In this document: positions 17,529-25,451 of the stretch, one piece after another
Numbering within the stretch: the first letter of the stretch is position 1
Layout: each line of letters starts with the position of its first letter
IMG/VR virus record: IMGVR_UViG_3300025018_000418
Location: 1-30,361 of that record
Reading direction: 5' to 3' (one strand)
DNA: 30,361 bases
Source of the DNA: a virus
Taxonomy: Duplodnaviria; Caudoviricetes
Notes under the pieces: generated by a model
What the model was told of the DNA's origin: nothing
Database searches by the model: none
The model's input: only the letters and a program-made list of their open reading frames with translations
Position numbers and translations under genes: made by a program

Positions 17529-20479
17529 TGGATCTTCTGTTTGCAGACTTTGGCATAACGGCTGTTCTCGCCCTGATCGCATTTCTCGCTTCAATCGCAT
17601 CAGCAGTGATTGCTGCTCAAAATCTGCCGGAAAAGCCTGGTCCTGGCGGCTCTAAGTTCGGGCTTGAGAAAAACGAGGCTCCTCCAGATAACCCCACTCC
17701 AATGGGAGGAGGCGCACCACGTTGGGCACCTCCTTTATTCTCTCGCGTCATCAATCATCCGTATGTCGGCCAGACGTATTTCAATACCAATACCAAGATC
17801 AAAATGCGGTTGCTGTTCGACACAGGTATCGGACCCATGGATGGAGGCGATCTTAATGTCTGGATTGATGATACGCCGATCTTTCAAACCGTCACGTTAG
17901 ATTCTCCGCGAGATGAGAGACGCCTGACTGATGTAAGTGTAGGAAACAACAGGAAGGAGTGGATTTTTCCTAAGAGTAACGTGCAGGCAGCCGGAGCGCG
18001 TGTCTATCTAGACGGAGAAATTTATGGAGCTCCCGCAGGAGACTCTATGGAAGGATTGCTGATCCACGAGGCTGTAGAGATCAGCACTTCACCCGCATCT
18101 CAGTTTGTTCCAGATGATTCGGGCATGCAGTTTACGAAACGAACGATCAAGGCTCCTCGCACTTATATCGACCTACCTGTTGCTGCGTGGAATGACAGGG
18201 ATAACTTCCGTGTTTCTGTCAAGTTGGGCACTACAACAAACGCCTTTAACGCGAATGCTAACAAATATACGACGACGACAGGTTGGATTGAACTCACGAA
18301 AGACATGTACGAGATTGAAAAGATGTCAGACGGCAGGCCGCGTATCCGCCTGACTGGTAAGATCGAAAAAGGCTTCAATCAGGCATCTAACCTATTGTAT
18401 TTCACTGTCAACTTTCGCCAGACACGTGCGACCGAGATCAAGGTACATTACTCGTTTGCTTACCGTTCCACAGTCGAGGTTACGGTTCCGTTCTTGAATG
18501 AGACTCACACGACCTTTATTCCCGTCGAAATCTTTGAACTCAAGACGAAGGAGACACGCCAATCTCGTGCCGTTTTCAGTGCTCCCATTCCTGCGGGTGA
18601 CGTGACCGCAACTTATCGCACGCTTCCATTTGGTGTCGAGATTAAGACCTTCTTCGCTAAGGGCGACAACGACCAGCCGGCAATCCCGCTCGATCTGCTC
18701 GGCCAGTCTCGTGCCGTGAATCAACAAGTGGCTCAGGGTATTCTCCGAGACTATTCGACTACAGGATCTGTTGATGAGGCAGTCCTCGGTCTGGCATCTG
18801 GATCCGGAGGTTTTTGGCGAGAACAGACCGGTATTGATGCGCAGCACGTCCGTTTCCGCATCTGGTTCAAACAGAGCGATGCTCCAGATGCCGAGGCGCA
18901 GGGCTACTCCAAGTCATCAGACGAAACCCTCGATCCGATTCTTGCTAACAGCAAAGCACTTGACCCTGCATCAGGCTGGGTACCATACTTTCGGGGAGGT
19001 ACGAGCGACGAGATCGTGAAATTGTCCGCTCGTATTCAGTCGGGCATCGCGCGCTGGTCATTCAGCTTGATTGACATGTTCAGAGGCAACCTCAAGCGTT
19101 TTGGTGTGGCAGAGAGTTATCTTAATACGGTTGAGCGCATACCGCACAATAGATATGACTTTCGCGTGCTGCGCATCGATGAAGACGACATGACTGGAGT
19201 GTCTGAAGTGTTCCTCGAACAAGTTACTGAGTTCGTGACGGAGCAACTATCCTTTCCGCGCCGTTCATTTCTGCTTCTCGAATATGACGAGCAGGAAGGA
19301 CTCAACTCCTTGCCAGAGGTCAACGTGCAGTTCAAGATGCGGAAGAGCCGACAGTTCTCGGGCTACTCACACGTTTCACAAGCAGAGCAGTTTGGTCGCT
19401 GGCTTGCTGCAAGTCAGTCCAAAGGGATAACCCTACCCGACGGTTCAGTCATCACTACGAGCGGTCCTTTCCTCGACTCGTCAAACTTTGTGTTTGACCC
19501 GACACTCGTCGAGCCGCAGTTCGTAGTGGGTTGGACACGTAATCCTGTTTGGATCGCTACAGAGATCATTCTTGACGAAGTAGGCGGTGGAGGATCGGCA
19601 GGTTTTGGTTTAGATCCCGCCTCCGTGGATTGGGACAGTGCTAAACGCGCTGCTGACTACTGTGACGAGATCATTGACGGCGAGACACGCAGTGAAGCCG
19701 ATTGGGTTACGACGGTTCGACTTAAACTCTATGATGCTGTCTCTCAGGTGCTGGCAGGTAGTGGAGTTGCCCCTGCGTTTTCGCGTGGCAAGTGGTTCTT
19801 TCCCATAGATGACGATAACATCGATCCCGATGCTGTCATTGATAAACTCACTGGAAAGGAATTTACGATCAGTGATGATGACATCCTAGACGCAGAGAAC
19901 GATAACTCTGTAGACGGACTAATTTTCGACACCAAAGACCTCGAAGGCATTGCGACTGACTTGCAGATCTCCTTTCCTGACGAACTAGCAGGCTTCGATC
20001 AGGAAGCGGATCCCGTCTTCATCCCTGCCAACAGCGATGCCCTGATCCGTAATGTACGTCGCTTCAGCTTTCCCGCAGTGCGTCGTCGTTCGCAGACCGA
20101 GCGAGTTGGTAATGCGATGATTAAAGCTGAGGAAAACAATCAACGCTTTGTGACTATTCGTCCGAGCAACTTCCGTACGATTATCCTTGATCCGGGCGAC
20201 ATTGTTCTTTTTGGCAGTGAGACTGCAAAACTTGTATCGCGTAAGGCACAGGTTATCGAACGCGTGACAGGGGGCAGTAACTTTCGGCAAGAACTCAAAC
20301 TTGTTTTGCTTGATGGCAGTTTACGTGTCTCGGATCCGACGCTCTGGAAAGGGCCTATCGGCGGAGTCATTCCCGGCCTTCGAGTGCCTACGAATACTTT
20401 GCCAGGTAATCTTGTGGTATCGTCACAGATTGTATCTGCCCCGCCGACATCTGGTATCGTGAAGATCGAGCAACTATAA
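17528..20479 (+). CDS. Tail tip / host specificity protein (lambda gpJ-like)
   Basis: 983 aa with a hydrophobic N-terminus and YDFRVLRI, WTRNPVWIA, VDWDS...AADYCDE and LDPGDIV motifs. Confidence 0.8.
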   Translation: MDLLFADFGITAVLALIAFLASIASAVIAAQNLPEKPGPGGSKFGLEKNEAPPDNPTPMGGGAPRWAPPLFSRVINHPYVGQTYFNTNTKIKMRLLFDTGIGPMDGGDLNVWIDDTPIFQTVTLDSPRDERRLTDVSVGNNRKEWIFPKSNVQAAGARVYLDGEIYGAPAGDSMEGLLIHEAVEISTSPASQFVPDDSGMQFTKRTIKAPRTYIDLPVAAWNDRDNFRVSVKLGTTTNAFNANANKYTTTTGWIELTKDMYEIEKMSDGRPRIRLTGKIEKGFNQASNLLYFTVNFRQTRATEIKVHYSFAYRSTVEVTVPFLNETHTTFIPVEIFELKTKETRQSRAVFSAPIPAGDVTATYRTLPFGVEIKTFFAKGDNDQPAIPLDLLGQSRAVNQQVAQGILRDYSTTGSVDEAVLGLASGSGGFWREQTGIDAQHVRFRIWFKQSDAPDAEAQGYSKSSDETLDPILANSKALDPASGWVPYFRGGTSDEIVKLSARIQSGIARWSFSLIDMFRGNLKRFGVAESYLNTVERIPHNRYDFRVLRIDEDDMTGVSEVFLEQVTEFVTEQLSFPRRSFLLLEYDEQEGLNSLPEVNVQFKMRKSRQFSGYSHVSQAEQFGRWLAASQSKGITLPDGSVITTSGPFLDSSNFVFDPTLVEPQFVVGWTRNPVWIATEIILDEVGGGGSAGFGLDPASVDWDSAKRAADYCDEIIDGETRSEADWVTTVRLKLYDAVSQVLAGSGVAPAFSRGKWFFPIDDDNIDPDAVIDKLTGKEFTISDDDILDAENDNSVDGLIFDTKDLEGIATDLQISFPDELAGFDQEADPVFIPANSDALIRNVRRFSFPAVRRRSQTERVGNAMIKAEENNQRFVTIRPSNFRTIILDPGDIVLFGSETAKLVSRKAQVIERVTGGSNFRQELKLVLLDGSLRVSDPTLWKGPIGGVIPGLRVPTNTLPGNLVVSSQIVSAPPTSGIVKIEQL

Positions 20480-22293
20480 TGCCCCGCCTTCGCCTGACTT
20501 TTGAGCCTTTGGACCGTCCTGAGTATAGCCGCCGTCTCTATCGAGAAGAGATTGGCGACCCCAACACGTTCCAACTGATCTTCAAGTCGTTCAAGGACGA
20601 CACAGCAGTTATCTCAGTGCCTGATGAACGAGGCATCAAGTTCACCACGCAGGTACTCGACTCCAAGGGTAACCTCATCATCGGTAGCGACAGGACCCAC
20701 AACTTCTTTCCCGACACGCAGCCATCTGTTCCTGATGGCAGCGGAGGTAATCCTGTAGGAATCACTGAGCCAGACATCAGCCAGGGCGAAGGCCCTTTCG
20801 TTGGAGTCAAACTTAATCTCGTCTCCCACACAGACACATCCGCTACTACAAGTAACAATGACGTGCCCGTTCCAGAAGCAGCCGATGATACGCCCGAAGG
20901 AGGGGTTGTAGCTGCTCCTGATACTGTCGCCACAAGCGGCAACGTCGAGGTGAAGACCTCGCCAGAGAAAAATACACAGGTCGAGATCAGAGTGTCTGCA
21001 TCGACTGTTACAGATCCCAGTGATGCAATGCACGCGACGCAGGTTTCAGTTGATGCGGAGGATATCAAAGTTCCTCTCTGCACCGAGACTGATAAGCAGC
21101 GCGTGTGGGTCCGTCGCTTCGATCCAGATGGATGTCGGTCGTCTGACTGGGTCTTCCGGGATATGACGGTCGTGAATGACGACACCTTTAACCGCGTTGA
21201 GGACTTCTCCAATAACTGGATCGCGGGAGGAACAATCGACTCGACCTATGGATACCCTAACATGAGCGTTAATCTGGGTACCCTCCATGTAAATGAAGTA
21301 CCTAGCATGTTCGCTCTCGATGCTGCGGACGGAGCTCCGTTGGAAGGCTTTCCGAACTCCGTCTTCAGCATGGATCAAGGGCCGGGCATGTTCTCGATGG
21401 ATGCAGTATTTCCATACGGCCGTTTTGAAACTGCTGCTGTGGACGCAGGAGCCGTGCATGACTTCTACCCTGCATTCTGTCCTATGGCCGATAGCCTCAA
21501 TCGCATTGCAGAACGCAGCATCTTCAGCGAAGACTATTACATGTTTTCGCAGTTTCATGGTCCTAATAGCGGGGTGCCTAGCGGGCTGCGTAAGCCGGTA
21601 GGAAGTACCCGTGACATCAGCATGTTCGGAACCCAGTCTGATGGATCACCTATCCGTGTTCTGAATGAGGTCTCCGTGGATAGCGGAGCCTGGCGCGTGT
21701 GGAAGCCCGGACAGAGAATCTCTGGTAGGATCGTCAAAGCGCGTTTCACGACCTTTGCGCATCGAGGCCTTCGAGCACCAAGTTGGTTGTTTTGGTTCTT
21801 CCGCCGCTGGATTCGCAACCGCAAGTGGGAGTGGAACATACCATTTACGCCTGACGTGCCGGGTAATGGTAGCACCATGACGATTCTGCTCCCGATGCAC
21901 GCTACTAGTGTGATAGGGCTTACTGTTCAGGCACAGGTCGAGACTGTGGCCGTCAATGGCATCGAGTACAATATCTCGGTGGACACGACATCGACGCCGG
22001 GCTCTGCTATTGTGAACGTAGAACAGACGTATAGGAGCACGGTTGAGGGCGTAGCAGGAGCGTGGCAGGTGGACTTTCCAAAGTTCTTCGGTACGGTTCC
22101 GACTGTTGTAGCCACCGCAAACAATCCCGCGGATTTCTCCTACGCAGGATATACTGCAATTACGACACAAGGAGCGACCGGATACATTTCTGCTCCTGTG
22201 TCGAGTCAAAGTTCCGGTCCTGTTGACATCATTGCGCGAGGTTCTCCGCTTGATGCAGCAATCAATATCGCAATCCAGATCATGGGGGCATAA
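20479..22293 (+). CDS. Putative tail protein with C-terminal H-type-lectin-like segment
   Basis: 604 aa, beta-rich, translationally coupled to gpJ. VDFPKFFGTVPTVVATA near the C-terminus. Confidence 0.55.
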   Translation: MPRLRLTFEPLDRPEYSRRLYREEIGDPNTFQLIFKSFKDDTAVISVPDERGIKFTTQVLDSKGNLIIGSDRTHNFFPDTQPSVPDGSGGNPVGITEPDISQGEGPFVGVKLNLVSHTDTSATTSNNDVPVPEAADDTPEGGVVAAPDTVATSGNVEVKTSPEKNTQVEIRVSASTVTDPSDAMHATQVSVDAEDIKVPLCTETDKQRVWVRRFDPDGCRSSDWVFRDMTVVNDDTFNRVEDFSNNWIAGGTIDSTYGYPNMSVNLGTLHVNEVPSMFALDAADGAPLEGFPNSVFSMDQGPGMFSMDAVFPYGRFETAAVDAGAVHDFYPAFCPMADSLNRIAERSIFSEDYYMFSQFHGPNSGVPSGLRKPVGSTRDISMFGTQSDGSPIRVLNEVSVDSGAWRVWKPGQRISGRIVKARFTTFAHRGLRAPSWLFWFFRRWIRNRKWEWNIPFTPDVPGNGSTMTILLPMHATSVIGLTVQAQVETVAVNGIEYNISVDTTSTPGSAIVNVEQTYRSTVEGVAGAWQVDFPKFFGTVPTVVATANNPADFSYAGYTAITTQGATGYISAPVSSQSSGPVDIIARGSPLDAAINIAIQIMGA

Positions 22294-22296
22294 GTC

Positions 22297-23670
22297 ATGA
22301 GCACTTTTAGTAGCTACGATACAACCAACTCTCCGAGCGGTCCTGAGAAGCCGCGGGTCTTTGGCCTGAAAGTACTCAACGACGTAGATCTCCTTCGTCG
22401 CAACGGACTAGGAGATGTACCGACGCTCGTTGCGGGTTACCTCCAGGTGTTTCAGGATGTCTCCGGTCGAATCTATGGTAAGGTCGTCCGCGCGGACGGA
22501 ACGACCGTCAAAGAAGCGATGGTGGGAGAATATTTCCTTCGTGAGGATCTAGACTTCGATGGTCGAGCAGCGACACAGTTCCGCGTTCAGGATGCTCCTC
22601 CTCTTGCGCTAGGTACGACTTCGGATGGCATCCTTTCTCGTGATCCAAGCAACCGCAGACTGATTAAAAACGGTCCGACTGGAGGAAAGCGCCACTATCT
22701 GTCAGAGTTCGACTTTGATGGAGGTAGTTACAGGCGTGTCAAGCTCGCGATGCAGAACCTCGATGTATCTGCTCGCGCATATGGCTCGATGCTAACGACC
22801 GGCGGTGTGACACAAGCAGGCATTACTACAACGCCAGTCTTACTCTCGACGTGGGATACAGATGACGAAGCCAAGGGGGTGCTTCCCAACAATGTCGCAG
22901 ATACTTTGACAGCGAAACTCGATGGCCTTTATAAGGTCAGCAGTCAACTTTCTGTGTTGTCTTCAGTGAACAAGATTTACACCTTCTGGTTGGCAGTAAA
23001 CGGAGCGGCTACGGTCCCTCTAGTACAGGCACAAGGCAGAAGCGGCGCGGACGAATGGTCGTCCGTGACCGTGACAGGTTTTATTAACCTGTCTGAGAAT
23101 GATACCGTATCGCTCTTCGTCAGTGTAGATGTAGGTTCGGCGAACCTAACTGTCCGCTACGGTCAGATTGACGTACAGCGTATCGGCCATGTCTCGGTCG
23201 AGAACCACGCTGCGCCCGGAGAGCGAGATACGAGCGTCCAAGGTCTTCGCTTGACGAATACTACTGACGGAATCTACTTCGTTTCTACAGATCCTCTCCC
23301 GACTGACTATACCGGCGGTCATGACGTCCTTCTCGAACTGATCGTACGTCTAGAGAACGCAGAACTTGCCACGGATACCATCGACGCTAAGGTGACGATG
23401 GAGAAGGCCAGTATTGGTACCGAAGGCTTCGATGGAGTTACCTCAGTTTATACCGATACAGGCGTTGCCATTGGAGCGCCCGGAACCGCAGCAGGCACCT
23501 TCCATCGTGTACTCATTCCTATGCCATTCAACAACGTTACAAACCCGCTGGCCAGTGATGACCTGATTCGCGGCCTTGTTCAACGCAACAATCTCGCACT
23601 TGTGGGCGAGATTCTGGTGACTTCCTTGAACCTTCTCATTCCTTGCTACGGTGGAGTGGACTTCCAGTAG
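22297..23670 (+). CDS. Putative tail fibre/receptor-binding protein with an internal C1q/TNF-like domain
   Basis: 457 aa with central TLTAKLDGLYKVSSQLSV...LAVNG...GFINLSENDTVSLFV pattern. Confidence 0.55.
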   Translation: MSTFSSYDTTNSPSGPEKPRVFGLKVLNDVDLLRRNGLGDVPTLVAGYLQVFQDVSGRIYGKVVRADGTTVKEAMVGEYFLREDLDFDGRAATQFRVQDAPPLALGTTSDGILSRDPSNRRLIKNGPTGGKRHYLSEFDFDGGSYRRVKLAMQNLDVSARAYGSMLTTGGVTQAGITTTPVLLSTWDTDDEAKGVLPNNVADTLTAKLDGLYKVSSQLSVLSSVNKIYTFWLAVNGAATVPLVQAQGRSGADEWSSVTVTGFINLSENDTVSLFVSVDVGSANLTVRYGQIDVQRIGHVSVENHAAPGERDTSVQGLRLTNTTDGIYFVSTDPLPTDYTGGHDVLLELIVRLENAELATDTIDAKVTMEKASIGTEGFDGVTSVYTDTGVAIGAPGTAAGTFHRVLIPMPFNNVTNPLASDDLIRGLVQRNNLALVGEILVTSLNLLIPCYGGVDFQ

Positions 23671-23831
23671 TCCACACCGCGCTGCGTCTTGCCCCGGCGC
23701 AGATCCTCCAACCGGCCCCGGACTACTTGTCCGGGGCCGCCTTCTGAGGCTCTCAGTAGTCGCTACGAGGCGTTCGCCCGCTGTTTCAGGGAGAATAGGA
23801 TGTATCTGAGCCGGGCGTCTCCTAGAGCCTC
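23649..23831 (+). ncRNA. Highly structured intergenic region (candidate ncRNA or leader, including a likely terminator hairpin)
   Basis: Helices 23656-62/23669-75, 23682-88/23696-702, 23713-23/23729-39 (perfect 11 bp), 23746-53/23824-31, 23767-76/23812-21 (3 G-U) and 23785-90/23805-10. Confidence 0.45.
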
Positions 23832-23871
23832 CTGATGGCTTCTGAGGGCATCTGCGGTGTATTATGAAGAG

Positions 23872-24351
23872 ATGCCGTTGTTCTATCGAATTCGCCGCTG
23901 CCAGACAGACCGTCACAACCTACGTTCCATCGATCTGTATGACCAATCCGTGATAGAAGGGCTTGATCGCCTATGTTTTCCGGAGGACGAACCCTATTCT
24001 GTTGACGGGCGGTGGTGGTGGCTTGTGGAGGATTCTGAAGAAAACCCCGTGGGTTTTGCTGGGTTGGCTCCCGTGAGAGCTGAACCCGGCGTGTGGTTCC
24101 TATGCAGGGCAGGGGTGTTGGCCGATCATCGCCGACAAGGACTTGCGCAAAGGCTCGTTAAGGCACGCATCGCGTTCGCTAAAAGCGTCGGTGCTTCGGC
24201 TATTATAACGTACGTGGATCGCGATAATATCGCCAGCGGCAACAATCTCATAAAGGCGGGGTTTAAGCTCTGCGTACCTGCCTATCGCTACGGAGGAGAC
24301 TTCGCGATCTATTTCTGCCTTGATTTCCCTCGCATCTCGAAGAGGGTTTGA
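23872..24351 (+). CDS. GNAT-family N-acetyltransferase
   Basis: VGFAGL, acetyl-CoA motif A GVLADHRRQGLAQRLV, and N.AS...L.K.GF. ATG 23872 is preferred (TATTAT 6 nt upstream), with GTG 23857 as the alternative. Confidence 0.9.
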   Translation: MPLFYRIRRCQTDRHNLRSIDLYDQSVIEGLDRLCFPEDEPYSVDGRWWWLVEDSEENPVGFAGLAPVRAEPGVWFLCRAGVLADHRRQGLAQRLVKARIAFAKSVGASAIITYVDRDNIASGNNLIKAGFKLCVPAYRYGGDFAIYFCLDFPRISKRV

Positions 24352-24373
24352 CATTCTTTGATACAATGCAGGA

Positions 24374-24450
24374 GGGAGGGCGGCATCTCTCCCGGCATGT
24401 TCTCTCCTTCGCTTCGAGCCCGGCGGTCCTCGCCGGGCTCGCTGCACTTT
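24374..24450 (+). ncRNA. Candidate small RNA downstream of the GNAT gene
   Basis: Extended -10 TGATACAAT (24359-24367), 5' hairpin 24374-80/24387-93, pyrimidine-rich linker, and perfect 11-bp hairpin 24415-25/24431-41 followed by ctgcacttt. Confidence 0.5.
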
Positions 24451-24453
24451 CAT

Positions 24454-24461
24454 GCTAAAAT
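24454..24461 (+). promoter_or_regulatory. Extended -10 element (T)GCTAAAAT for the second fibre module
   Basis: Recurring motif, followed by a short leader hairpin (agtgc...gcact) and SD AAGGAG. Confidence 0.5.
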
Positions 24462-24519
24462 ACCACTAGTGCTGAGCTTTAGCCGATGGACAGGCACTTA
24501 GAGAGACAAGGAGAATTAA

Positions 24520-24981
24520 ATGAGCACCGCATACCGACAGGGCCTTTTCACGTTCGCTGCGGGCGAGCTAGACTGGGCTGACGCAGTAGATGCCGACGTG
24601 AAGATCGTTCCGATGAACTCGTCCTATATCGTCGATAAAGACGCGCATGCGTTCATGGACAACATCGCTATCACGGCCAACATCTACTCGGGCGTCACAG
24701 CTATCAGTATTCCAAGCGCGCAGCGCAGTCTGGACATTGCCGCAAGCGGTAAATGTCGTCTCAAAGTATCTGGTACGGTGACGTTTCCTTCTGTTGCTGT
24801 GGACGGCACGAAGACTATTCCGGGCTTTCTCGTGTTCAAGGATACGGCAGTAGCGGCAACTTCCCCTGTCATCGGTTACTTGCTGCGCAGCGGCGGCGCT
24901 CTCCTGCCGAACGGCAATAACATTGACGTAACCTTCGATGGCGTTAGCGGAGCCCTGGAACTGACCGGCAACAGCATCTAA
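24520..24981 (+). CDS. Small beta-rich virion protein (putative fibre subunit)
   Basis: 153 aa with G.LDW...DVKIV.M.SSY..DKDAHAFMD...VTFPSV...VFKDT.VAATSPVIGY...PNGNNIDVTF, a pattern I recognise from conserved phage structural hypotheticals. Strong SD. Confidence 0.6.
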   Translation: MSTAYRQGLFTFAAGELDWADAVDADVKIVPMNSSYIVDKDAHAFMDNIAITANIYSGVTAISIPSAQRSLDIAASGKCRLKVSGTVTFPSVAVDGTKTIPGFLVFKDTAVAATSPVIGYLLRSGGALLPNGNNIDVTFDGVSGALELTGNSI

Positions 24982-24995
24982 GCTAGGAGGGGATA

Positions 24996-25448
24996 GTGGC
25001 CGCGCTGCTGACTGTCCGTTCTCGTCCTTCTGCCTACTCTGGCGGCGGTAAGGCATGGGATATCGTTTCCATCGGTCCTGTTGCGTTGCCCGGGCGTCTG
25101 GAGAGGTGGCCTACATTCTTCCATGTCGTCCTTAACTTCAATGCAGATTGGCTCAAACTAGCACAACGGATGAAGGGAAGCGCCTACGACGCTGTGACAG
25201 GTAAACCCGAACACAACCTTAAGTATCGCTACTCACTGCTCATGGATGATATCTCAGCCTCCCAGAGGAGCAACTATCACACGGGTTTTGGCGGAATGCG
25301 CTTTTTCGTTGTCGGCAATGACTGGACATTCAAAGGCATTACTTACACCGCGCACGCGAGTTGGATGCAGTTCCGTATGTTCCTTATCGACAAGCATTCA
25401 GGTCTGAACGAACAGGACGCCAAGTACATACCTGAGTCGAGAGCATAA
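24996..25448 (+). CDS. Hypothetical protein in the fibre module
   Basis: 150 aa, GTG start with SD AGGAGG. Confidence 0.7.
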   Translation: MAALLTVRSRPSAYSGGGKAWDIVSIGPVALPGRLERWPTFFHVVLNFNADWLKLAQRMKGSAYDAVTGKPEHNLKYRYSLLMDDISASQRSNYHTGFGGMRFFVVGNDWTFKGITYTAHASWMQFRMFLIDKHSGLNEQDAKYIPESRA

Positions 25449-25451
25449 ACA

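Noticed and set aside
24347-24367. Canonical -35/-10 promoter TTGACA...TACAAT
   Set aside because: The spacing is only about 8 nt. Only the extended -10 is credible.
23443-24453. Minus-strand ORFs 23443-23916 and 24100-24453 as protein antitoxins for the GNAT
   Set aside because: They overlap real genes and GC-rich hairpins, have low-complexity Arg/Pro/Gly composition, and show no RHH-like pattern or RBS.
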